A stretch of DNA of 64,000 nt from Tubiluchus corallicola (lineage: Eukaryota; Animalia; Priapulida), in NCBI GenBank assembly GCA_030141605.1, contig JAQGDQ010000374.1:126830-190829 (forward strand). Reading direction: 5' to 3'. This document shows, in pieces, positions 53,526 to 64,000 of this stretch. The position numbers were made by a program, and so were the translations under genes. Within the stretch, counting starts at the first letter, position 1. The number at the start of each line of letters is the position of its first letter. Below the pieces are notes generated by a model that saw only the letters and a list, made by a program, of their open reading frames with translations, made no database searches and was not told the DNA's origin.

Positions 53526-54076
53526 TGTTATTGTTGTTGGCTTCCTTCTGTCTCGGAAGACAATGGAGTGTGTGCCAAGAGAGTCGGTTACTGATCACAT
53601 TCATGGAGCTGCAGTGTCGACTGTGGCTGAGCAGTGCGATCCTTGAACTACTGGCCTCTCTAGGGCGCACACCTGGGCAAGGTGTATGAGATCCTGAGTT
53701 GCCAAGACAACAGGAGCCCCCTCTCTTCCTCCCTGGTGTAGTCCAAAGGAAAGCGGAGCGATACGTTTGGCACCAGGTTGGCTGCAGGAGTTAGTGAGAA
53801 TGCTGCACTGGTCCGCCTTCGGAGCTCCACTCCTGATTTGGAAAGTTTACTCCTCTACACAAGGCCGTTGGGTCACTTAACCTCCCCCGCCCTCTAGCCG
53901 TTGGCTGCTTGCGCAGCTCCTCCGCCTAGTATCGAGATACAGTGTGGGCATCCCGCAAGCCTACAGCACCTGGTATTCCTAGGCGGTCACCCATCCAAGC
54001 ACTAACCAGGCTCTACGTTGCTTAACTTCGGTGATCAGACGAGAACCGGTGTTTTCAACGTGATTTGGCCGTAGTC
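53526..54076 (-). mobile_element. SINE3 (5S rRNA-headed SINE) with RTE-like body and (CAA)n tail
   Basis: Full 5S head, ~415-bp GC-rich body and tail CCAACAACAATAACA. 12-bp TSD ATCCTTCGATAT (53514-25) / AGCCTTCGATAT (54077-88). Confidence 0.85.
53957..54076 (-). rRNA. Full-length 5S rRNA-derived sequence (SINE head, not a clustered 5S gene)
   Basis: GACTACGGCCAAATCACGTTGAAAACACCGGTTCTCGTCTGATCACCGAAGTTAAGCAACGTAGAGCCTGGTTAGTGCTTGGATGGGTGACCGCCTAGGAATACCAGGTGCTGTAGGCTT (120 nt). Box A and box C are recognisable, and no T4 terminator follows. Confidence 0.9.
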
Positions 54077-55340
54077 AGCCTTCGATATAATAAAGCGCCA
54101 AATAACAAAATTTCCTAAAAAATATTTGACAGAAAGATCATTGGTAACTTAAAGTTTCTCCTTCATTCTTCATTCTAGTTAATTTTATTGTGAAATTTAT
54201 TTAATACAAGCGAACAAATGGAATGAGACTATAGTGCAGCTTCCAGAGTTCTTTGCTGAATGCAAATTCTCACTAGTAACGCCTTTTCGTCTCAACCTGC
54301 TTGAAAAACCGACATTTCGAAGACAAAAGCTTTTACGATACATCTCCGAGGAAAATTATTCGAATTTGACGAATAATATCGGCGGGTTCAATCGAATCAG
54401 CGTACGTTCGAGGAAATAAGATATTTTGCTTGAGTTTATGGACCCAATATAAAAATATGTTGACAGAAAACTGGTGCCTTGTTCTCGTCCCGCAGCGGCG
54501 CAATAGTCTAATTCATCTTTGCTTTATTGTTTTTTCAGCAAATTCACTTCCTCGGGATGTTGTCCATAATCTGCAGTGAATTTACGGACGTTGCTTGTAG
54601 GATTTAATAAGGAGAGAAACTTTTGGCATTTCTAATACAGCGTCTCTGGGGACGGGATCGCTGTGTATCATTTTGTTTCTACGTCCAATTTCAAGAAAAG
54701 TGAGAAGTGGTTGTACTGGAGGTGGAGGTGGACCTAACTGGAGTCCTGTTTGCAGTCCTGTTTATGGGCTGCAGTCCAAGGGCCTCCCTCCGCCAGCTGA
54801 GGGGCCTCCAGAGATTAAGTGAAATTAATTTAGTGTGAAAAGTTACTACAGAATGAGAGTAGAGATGCGCTAAATTATTTCTTTAAAAAGAGTTCAGTAA
54901 ATTAATATACTGTATAATACACTGGAATCGCTTTATTGAGTAACTACCACACTGGTAACCTGATTACAATGACACAATGTTGTAGGAGTTGAGGTCACAT
55001 CTCCTCTGACAAAGAAAGATATCTCTGCCCTGAGAGAATTTAGTTGCAGTTTGCTGCTAATCTCAGTAGACTCTGGTCTACTGGACCTCTGGATTGGGTA
55101 TTCCTAGTCCCAGTTCTTGAAGTTGAAGGACCTCTTCTCTTTTTGTTGTGTTAAACTTTCACCCATCTGTGTGGGCCTAATATTGGCATTATGTTGTAGA
55201 AGTTGTAAAAGTCTGAATAAACTGACTTTAAGAATCTAACATTCATGTTACAGCAAGGGTGGTGTGGGTCCTCATAGTATATGAAGTCTAGGGGCCTACA
55301 AAATCAAAATTCGGTCCCGCCTCTTAGACGCGCAAACCAC

Positions 55341-55530
55341 CAGGTGATCAGGATGGTAGGGTACAAGGCAGCAGGTGATCAGGATGGTAGGGTACAAGGC
55401 AGCAGGTGATCAGGATGGTAGGGTACAAGGCAGCAGGTGATGAGGATGGTAGGGTACAAGGCACCAGGTGATCAGGATGGTAGGATACAAGGCACCAGGT
55501 GATCAGGATGGTAGGGTACAAGGCACCAGG
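55341..55530. repeat. 31-bp minisatellite, 6 copies
   Basis: Unit CAGGTGATCAGGATGGTAGGGTACAAGGCA(G/C). Confidence 0.95.
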
Positions 55531-55726
55531 TTCACTTGCTCATCAGATTCTCCTAGAGATTGTTCACTTGTGACTACTCACGAAGCAGACCATTAGTGTT
55601 ATTGGATATGCACATAGTCATACGATTGTCCTCTAATCTAACCAAGCTTAACTGGCTTGGATTGATCGATGAGAGTGTTGAAATTTAAGGACACGTTACA
55701 CTTGATGGCTTCACTCATTCTGTTAA

Positions 55727-56378
55727 AGGACAAGAAAAGGGGTACCTGAAGTAGGTTTCAGAAAAATTGTCTTACAAAATTATATTACTTTATAGCAATT
55801 TTATGCGTTTATCGCACTCGCGTTGAAAGGATTTTTTGTTTTTCATTTTAAATCTCCCGTGACACTGTTCCGACCTCGCCATTATATGACGTCATATACG
55901 CACAACGTAAATCAGGGGAAAAATGAAATGTTAAACTATGTCCCGAAAAACTTTCCATGCAAAGTTATATTACTTAGCATTTCTGCCTTAAAGACTTACG
56001 TAACTAGAAAAGAAAATTATCAATTATTTAAAATGTTTTCACCAATTGGTAAAATGTCGCTGTCTCACTTCCAGGGTGCACCACTCGCTACCCAAAAAAC
56101 GTATTTTTAATCTTATTTACAACATACAGTAATTTAAAATTTTACTTAGTTAGTGATTTGTGCGCTATGAATGATCTGATTATCTTTTCAAGCTTTACAC
56201 GGTGTTATCTAAACTTGTTTCAAATGGCTCATCTTCAAAATGGCAGCGTCTAACGGTCATCGCGGGAGTTTAAATTTACATGCTTTATACAGCGTTACGG
56301 ACGTCGTGTATGCGAGAAGGCAGTACAGAAGTGGTATAAAGTTTCAAGAGGAATGTAAGTGGAGGGTTTACTTGTTCT
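55727..56378. mobile_element. Kolobok/T2-type family A, complete copy
   Basis: TTAA(55723-26)|AGGACAAGAAAAGG...GGGTTTACTTGTTCT|TTAA(56379-82). Inverted relative to 57-739. Confidence 0.85.
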
Positions 56379-56449
56379 TTAACACTAGATTTCGTAGCTG
56401 CATACTGCAATGATGTTATAGACATAACATCGTTAGTTTAAACATAATT

Positions 56450-57005
56450 TATTATAGGATTAGATCAGACAGTTTGAACAACACGATTTAGGATCCTCAC
56501 CAAAACAGGCTTTATACACTATTTACAAAAATATTTACAGTTAGAATAGACTAGAACTGCACAAGCTGACAAGTTTTACTACAAGATTACATTAGACATT
56601 AGTACAAAATGACGGTTAGAAAATATTAATGTACGAATATTTAAGACTGATTTAAGAACATTTTATATCAGATAGAAACTACTGGAAGCGTTTAGTACGT
56701 AATATAAGTCATGTATGCATTGGAATATTTTACACTTAGCAACATAGTTAAATTCATCTTTTCCGAATAATGACAACTTCAACAGATCATTAGTTCCTAA
56801 GGCAGCTATATTAAGGTTTTCGGGCAGAAGTATTTCATTTAGCTTATCAAACATAACAACCCTAGTTTGTTGATACAATGGGCAGTGCAACAAAAAGTGT
56901 TCAACAGACTCAAATCGAAATGCACAGTTACAATTCGGCAATACTGGATGACCCTTATTATCTTTACAGCCTTTAGAGAAAAGGTCATAGTTTAGCTGAG
57001 AAGGG
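56450..57005 (-). mobile_element. CR1-group LINE 3' remnant with C-terminal CCHC motif
   Basis: SQLNYDLF...PNCNCAFRFESVEHFLLHCPLYQQTRVVMF...LLKLSLFG is typical of invertebrate CR1-like ORF2 C-termini. Confidence 0.7.
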
Positions 57006-58262
57006 GCACATCGTTAATACAATATCATGTGTGTTCATATTTATAACAGGTTGCAATAACTAATTAACGCGGCTAGCTGTCATGATCGTGTGGTTTTCGC
57101 GCCTGTTTGAACTGTTCACTTGTTCCGGAAGTCAACAGGTTTTCACAGCTAATCTCGGCTTGGGAAAACAGAGAGAATCGATTGAGGCGACAAAAATCGA
57201 CGACAGTGAATTGATGAATCACCGCCGCTCGTGAGGAACGGGTTAAATTGCTCCGGTCTGTTTGTCTACGCTCTGCCGCGCATCCGAAATTACCTACTTA
57301 CTGTGAATCAGCCGAAATCTGATCGAGTCCGAAAAATCAATCGCAGAAATCATCTCAGAAAAAAATGCGGCTGAATAGAATTTATTAATTTATAATTGCA
57401 AAAGTACCAAAAGCAGTTGCATTTCAAATATAAAAAAGCCTTGCTCGCTTTGGTCATGATACATACTTGTCCGTAACAGTTAAGCAGCGACGCGCCTGCT
57501 TAGTAAATTGGTGGCCATTCTTTTCAACATGTAGGCAACGCAAGGCTACATCTACGAATACACTTATTCATTGAAGCAGTAGGAGCTAGCTACGTCTTTC
57601 ACAATATATAAAAGCCTTGTTTTATTACGATTAAATCTTCGTTTGGTTTGTAGGCTATTTTGTAACGTCTTTTATGACAGTTTGAATCATGACACATCTT
57701 CTTAAATGACACTGAACCTCGTGACCCACATTCCCCAGATTGTCCGCAGAAGAATTTAGCTCCGAATAGAACGCCTGATTGAGATGGTCGTTACTTATTT
57801 CCTGTGAATGGTGACAGCCCGCTGAAAGACCATAAATGGGACTTTATGTTCGAGAAAAAATGCACAAAAACCGAGTAGATGGCAGTCAAATCAAAAGCAA
57901 TTGCCACTAATGTGGTTTGAAAAGAAAACGGTCTCGGCGGCCATCTTTATTCAAGGAAAATCTTGCCGTTTAGATAGACGTAAATTGTAAAGAATCGAGA
58001 CAGAAACGAAAATGAATACAAATGAAGAGGTGTGACCTGAATGTATTGCACTTATTGGTTGTTAACTGACTTTGATAGTGGTCATAATTCTAGAGCGAGA
58101 TTTGAAAGTTGTGGAAATTCAAAGATGTGCAAAAGGATCACGAAAAGATGCCGGTACTATCTGCATAATTAGTTATAACTTTTATATATTTCTATAATCA
58201 GTGCTGCAGACTTATCTTGAAGCCTGCGATAAATCCGAGAATCGCCGTTTGGTGTTTCTTAA

Positions 58263-58810
58263 AGGAAAACTGGATGATTGTATAAACACGAGTTCAGAAT
58301 AAAGAATGCTGTAAAATACTGAAAACTACAAAAGCTTATTTTAAATGAAAGCTTAGATGAAATAATAATTACCTCGGATGCTCAAATTTCGTTAAACTTT
58401 CAAAGCTACGCGCGGCTCAGTGAATCTACTAAGATTGGCAGCGGCGCCTTTTTGTCACATTCGCGTGGCCGACAAAGAGAAGGCGGTACCGTGATAAGCA
58501 TGATCATGAACTGCAGTGTTAGTTTTTGACGTCATATGATGTAAAGCCCATTTTCGTGACATCATGCGTTTAAACAGTACTGTAACACTTATACAAATGT
58601 GCTTGACGCTCAAGGGAAGACGCCTGCCGTTGCACAAACTGTGGTTAGTTTGTGACGTAAGCAACAGCTGCGCTCGGTTGCCGTTAATTAACTTTCTAAG
58701 CTAATTATTCGAATATAAGAAACAATTGCTAACTTTTATAGGCAAGAAAATGTATAATGTGGACAGTAAATTAAAATGGGGTTGAGTCTAAACAATCGTC
58801 CCGTCTTCCT
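58263..58810 (+). mobile_element. Kolobok/T2-type family B, copy 2
   Basis: TTAA|AGGAAAACTGG...CCGTCTTCCT|TTAA, colinear with 1823-2368. Confidence 0.88.
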
Positions 58811-59031
58811 TTAACCTTGATTTTACAATTTTTACCTTTTCATGTCTTTTCCACATACATGTAGCAGAATTATAATTACCAGTCAAGTTAAAATAATGTC
58901 AAAGGAAATGTTTCTGTCAATATTAGTTCTCACCTCTGTATGGTGAAGTTTGAGGGCCAGAATATTGCTTCGATTCAGATCACAGAGATGGTGAAGTAAT
59001 AATGTATATGCATGTACTGTGTATGAGGACA

Positions 59032-59416
59032 ATACGAACTGTACTTAATGTTGCTGTGACCTTGACATACGAACTGTACTTAATGTTGCTGTGACCTTGA
59101 CATATGAACTGTACTAAATGTTGCTGTGACCTTGTCATACGAACTGTACTTAATGTTGCTGTGACCTTGACATGCGAACTGTACTGAATGTTGCTGTGAC
59201 CTTGACATACGAACTGTACTTAATGTTGCTGTGACCTTGACATACGAACCGTACTAAATGTTGCTGTGACCTTGACATACGAACTGTGCTTAATGTTGCT
59301 GTGACCTTGACATACGAGCTATACTAAATGTTGCTGTGAACTTGGCATACGAACTGTACTTAATGTTGCTGTGAACTTGACATACGAACTGTACTGAATG
59401 TTGCTGTGACCTTGAC
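59032..59416. repeat. 35-bp minisatellite, ~11 copies
   Basis: Unit GAACTGTACTTAATGTTGCTGTGACCTTGACATAC. Confidence 0.95.
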
Positions 59417-59560
59417 TTTGTGTCCCAGACTCTTCTGACTTCAACAACATGGGTGCAACATGACAGCAACAATTGTCAAGAACAACTACGCTGTAAAATA
59501 TTCTACTGCATTTATATTGCGCATTTGTGTGTTTACTCTTTATTAGACAAAAACAACGTT

Positions 59561-59759
59561 ACAATTACATACACAGATATATCACATACAATTGCATAAA
59601 CCGAAAACACAACTACATACACAGATATATCACATACAATTGCATAAACCGAAAACACAATTACATACACAGATATATCACATACAATTGCATAAACCGA
59701 AAACACAATTACATACACAGATATATCACATACAATTGCATAAACCGAAAACAAAATTA
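59561..59759. repeat. 48-bp minisatellite, 4 copies
   Basis: Unit ACAATTACATACACAGATATATCACATACAATTGCATAAACCGAAAAC. Confidence 0.95.
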
Positions 59760-60086
59760 CTACAATTACTTATCGAGTGACCAGTCAGTTAGTGAACAAA
59801 GTTAATGATATGTAACTGCTTGCAGCTGAGCTGAGCTGTGTATGTGAACTGTTCAGTGGCAAATTGTTCTTTTAGTAAATCCTTCAGTAACATCGCAAGT
59901 ACACAAACGCCTGCAACTTGACTTATGTAATGAAAACGTTTCGTGTGAGCAGCTTCAGCAGTCAATGTTGTCAGTGTGTTATGGCCTTACATCACGAAAT
60001 TTCTTGAGAACTTGCGTTGTCTAATAAACATCATGTTAAAATCAGTATACATTGGTTGAACGAAGGGTGTAATTTCGTAGCACCAG

Positions 60087-60426
60087 GTTACGTTACGCTA
60101 CATTACATTACATTTTACTTTTTGCGAGACTTGTTTTTTTTTACTGTTTTAGTTATTACAAACCCTATTCCACTTATTGTAGGCATTGAGGTAACAACAT
60201 TTATTAGAGTATTCCACCCACTTCTATCTGCAGCTAACAGCGTAAGTTCTTCTACTCCTAGAGATAGATTTGGTTGAAGTAGTTGAGCATCTTTATTTAT
60301 CTTAGCCATCCAAGTTGTTTTAGGTTTACCAGGTGGTTTTTTGCAAGGTTTTAAGGCTTCCTTTAAGGCGATTCTTATTGGTGCTTCATTTGGTAATCTT
60401 AGAAGATATCCTAGCCATCTAGTCAC
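60087..60426 (-). mobile_element. RTE LINE 3' remnant
   Basis: RWLGYLLRLPNEAP...PPGKPKTTW...AADRSGW carries the RTE C-terminal RW.GH..R / G.P..TW / A.DR..W motifs. (GTAAT/GTAAC)n tail at ~60087-60117. Confidence 0.8.
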
Positions 60427-61321
60427 CCTTCACGTGCAAGATATGATTATGCATAATCCCCTCTACATTTCATTAAACGTATAATTAATAGGATCTCGCG
60501 TGATAGAGCGCCAACTTTACGACCACGTCTAGGGCCTTGTTTTTTCATTGCTACTTTTATTATCTTTATTAACAAGTATTTTCTGCAGGCATCCAACACG
60601 TGCTATAAATTGACTTCATCGCTTCTGAGCTCACTGCACTAACTCACTGTCATGCGCCTTGTCTATAGGTTGTTGTATCATCATCGCTATGTTTGTGTTT
60701 GGAACTGTTGATCGTCTTAATAGCTCTGATGGTATTGCTCGCATTAGCGGGAGAAATATCTTCCGCGTCTGTGTGTGTGTATGTATGTCGTTTCCCTTTG
60801 CGAATTTTGATTCGTTTGTTCAGTGATGTGATGTAGATGGTAATGAATAAATTCTCGCTCTTATTGAATTGCAGAATCGATCGGTCGGTTGAATTTTATT
60901 CAGACTCATGCGAACTTCCTGCTGGGCATTTTAATCATGAAATCTCGCTGAAAGCAAGCTCTCTTTTCAAGGTTGTCGCTTAGTGTTGTAGGGTTTCTCT
61001 GTAATTAACTCATTACCACGATATGAGTAGCAGCTGCTGTGTCGCGTCTGCTTCTGGTGATACTACGTTCGACGTTATAAAAGTGATCAACGTGTGTCGA
61101 TAAAGTTTCTCAGTTGCTTTTTAATACGTGTAGTACTGATACGTTTTAATAAAGAGCAGTTTTGGTGTCGCCTACTTCGATAAAGGCCTGCCATTCGCAA
61201 TGGAACTCGTAAGATTAACTTATAAAGAATGGAGCAAAAAGTGATCTGAAATCGCGTTTTTAATATTACAATGATATTTTCTTGTTAATTATATATAGAT
61301 GTAATATAATTTATGTAGACA

Positions 61322-61620
61322 AGCAGTACTAGCATTTGTGTGAGCAGTACTAGCATTTGTGTGAGCAGTACTAGCATTTGTGTGAGCAGTACTAGCATTT
61401 GTGTGAGCAGTACTAGCATTTGTGTGAGCAGTACTAGCATTTGTGTGAGCAGTACTAGCATTTGTGTGAGCAGTACTAGCATTTGTGTGAGCAGTACTAG
61501 CATTTGTGTGAACAGTACTAGCATTTGTGTGAACAGTGCTAGCATTTGTGTGAACAGTACTAGCATTTGTGTGAGCAGTACTAGCATTTGTGTGAGCAGT
61601 ACTAGCATTTGTGTGAGCAG
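61322..61620. repeat. 21-bp minisatellite, ~14 copies
   Basis: Unit AGCAGTACTAGCATTTGTGTG. Confidence 0.96.
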
Positions 61621-61752
61621 CATCTTACCAGAATTATGTTTCAGGCTTGTCGTCAATTGTATGAATGTTTTTGTTTTTAAGAACCCTTCGTTCCCTTTTT
61701 CGCCGTCTTTCCTTCTCTCTTCTTCTTACTATTTTTAGCTAGATAGGTAGAT

Positions 61753-61833
<81 letters not shown>
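61753..61833. repeat. (AGAA)n(AGAC)n microsatellite
   Basis: Direct inspection. Confidence 0.95.
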
Positions 61834-61835
<2 letters not shown>

Positions 61836-62704
61836 TGGATATCGTCTTTATTTATAAAATATTTACGTGTAATGTTTGATACAAAGATCGTAAACGACGT
61901 GTCAGTTATTTTTAAAAGAAAAATGCTGTTGACGGTAATAGCGTTATAATTTAAAAAGTAGATATGACAAAAAACTGTAATTACAAATCGCATGATAAAC
62001 ACATAAAAATGAATAAATGAAAACAAACACACTTATTTAATCACAATAAACATCAGGCACTATTTCTAAACCTACTAACACTAAGAGCTGTTAAATTAAC
62101 AACTATAATCTGTTCATGTCTGTAAGGTTATTAACATGACTTCGTCATAATTTGCCTTGTTTGTGTTATTCGAGGAATTTTCTGTAATCTCAGTCTCAAT
62201 TTTCGTAGAAAGATGTGCACATAAACAATAACACGGTACATTTATCCTGGATTTATTTTGAAAAAGAAAACAACCCATGATTTCACACCGTCTAGTCGAT
62301 TCATCAGTAATTTTTAATGAAACCTCTACTAATTAAATTAACAGGTGTAATGCAAGTTGAGAGTTTGGGAAAAGGTTAATTCATTGTGATGTATCATCCA
62401 ACATTTCTAACCGTCAACATCATTATGATCACATTAATAATGTAAGGGTGGTGCATAATAAAACTGCTCTGGTAGCCTGCCATATTGGATTAATTAGTGT
62501 TTACGAGTAACTAATGCCCGGTGGGAGTACCTTGAGTAACATCAGCTTTCACAACACTGCGTATAAGCTACGTACTTATCAGCATTTCATTCTGAATTTA
62601 CTTTATAATTTTAGAGGGCGAGCTTGTTGAGCCGAGAGGATTTATTTGCCGTACAGGGTGACAAGAAATAGACTAGGATAATGGCGTGGCAGTCAACATG
62701 TTAA

Positions 62705-63255
62705 ATGAAGACCGGACGATTATTTAGACTCAATCTCATTTTAATTTACTGTCCAGAATATACATTTTCTTGTTCATAAAAGTTAGCCATTGTTTCTTAT
62801 ATTCGAATAATTAGATTAGAAAGTTAATTAACGGCAACCGAACACAGCTATTGCTTACGTCACAAACTAACCACAGTTTCTGCAACGGCAGGCGTCTTCC
62901 CTTTTGCACGTCAAGCACATTTGCAAAAGTGTTACAGTACTGTTTAAATGTAAAATGTCACGAAAATGGGCTTTACATCATATGACGTCAGAAACTAACA
63001 CGGCAATTCATGATCCTGCTTATCACGGTACCGCCTTCTATTTATCGGCCACCCGCACATGACAAAAATGCACCGCTGCCAATCTTAGTAGATTCACTAA
63101 GCCGCGCGTAGCTTTAAAAGTTTAACGAAATTTGAGTATCCGAGGTAACTATTATTTAATCTAAGCTTTGATTTAAAAAAAATCTATTGTAGTTCTCAAT
63201 ATTTTAGAGCATTATTTATTCTGAACTCGTGTTTATACAATCATCCGGTTTTCTT
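62705..63255 (-). mobile_element. Kolobok/T2-type family B, copy 3
   Basis: TTAA(62701-04)|ATGAAGACCGG...CCGGTTTTCTT|TTAA(63256-59), the reverse complement of copies 1 and 2. Confidence 0.88.
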
Positions 63256-64000
63256 TTAACAGTTTTACCCACAAGTAAGAAATCAACACATTTCTTGAGC
63301 AAAAAAACGAGTCTGTTTCATACGTGGCCATCAGTGGCGAGAGTAACGGAAATATTAGACATTAAAATAAGTGTCCTTTAGTCAAAGTTAAAAATCCACT
63401 ACTTTCGGTTTTTCGTGCAAGCTTACGGGAGTCTGTTTAATTCACACAATAAATTTTGTGCGTAAAGATAACATTCCTTTTAGAATTGAATATGTCACTT
63501 TTTAGGCGAAATTTTAAAATATTATTCAACAGTCTACGAAATTCAAATTGCATTTTATATTTTTAATTTCAACTTTTTTTGCTGAGTTAATAATTCATTT
63601 CTCTTGAAGTATCTTATTTTGTCTCTATAGTAGCTAAATCAAAAGTTAAAACGCTTTCGTTTAAATTTTTTGGGAAGAACTATGAATCTCAAAGTTAAAG
63701 ATGCACTGAAAAAAACTTTACAGAGGTGATCAATCAGTGTTAGTTAATAAAAACTTACACTGCTAAAGGCAAATGCGTCAGTGCAATCTAAACTACTGTG
63801 CAGTAATGGAAAGTAACGAATAAAATCAAACATATTTACAACTATGCACAAAAAAATGAAAAAAATATGATTTAATTAATATGGCCGTGGATATATAAAT
63901 TCTGAATTAGTGTGTATGTTGTCGTAGTGGACTAGTGGTGTGATGGTATTTCATATCTGGTTAATAGTAATGATTTTTATTTTGTTTTATATGCTAGTAG

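Noticed and set aside
53860-53962. HDV-like ribozyme right after the 5S head
   Set aside because: Only a 7-bp GCTTGCG/CGCAAGC pairing is visible, and the nested double-pseudoknot elements could not be assigned.
53957-54076. Functional 5S rRNA gene
   Set aside because: It is isolated, lacks an oligo-T terminator, and is fused to a body and tail within a TSD, so it is a SINE head.
55620-55680. Second, highly decayed 5S-like fragment (CTAACCAAGCTTAAC...GATCGATGAGA)
   Set aside because: Similarity is too short and degenerate to support by eye.

Overview
This is AT-rich eukaryotic (metazoan, probably marine-invertebrate) genomic DNA, not prokaryotic, and it contains no operons or CRISPR arrays. 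Almost every ORF in the supplied track is an artefact of micro/minisatellites or a decayed retroelement. One host gene is supportable: a two-exon minus-strand gene (48686-48670 and 45854-44897) encoding a ~324-aa secreted, low-complexity Q/G/F/R/N/S-rich protein. The rest is repeats: two multi-copy TTAA-flanked Kolobok/T2-type MITE families, piggyBac-, pogo-, Harbinger-, hAT- and mariner-like non-autonomous elements, a Helentron-associated (HINE-like) composite, a probable solo LTR with heat-shock elements, several LINE 3' remnants (RTE, RTEX-like, Rex1/Babar, CR1-like) and about 14 unrelated minisatellites. The two highlights are a ~570-bp internally deleted RTE retroposon headed by a twister ribozyme (12145-12067, minus strand) and a TSD-flanked SINE3 made of a complete 5S rRNA head plus an RTE-like body and a (CAA)n tail (54076-53526). 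Family assignments come from recognising motifs by eye; no database searches were run.
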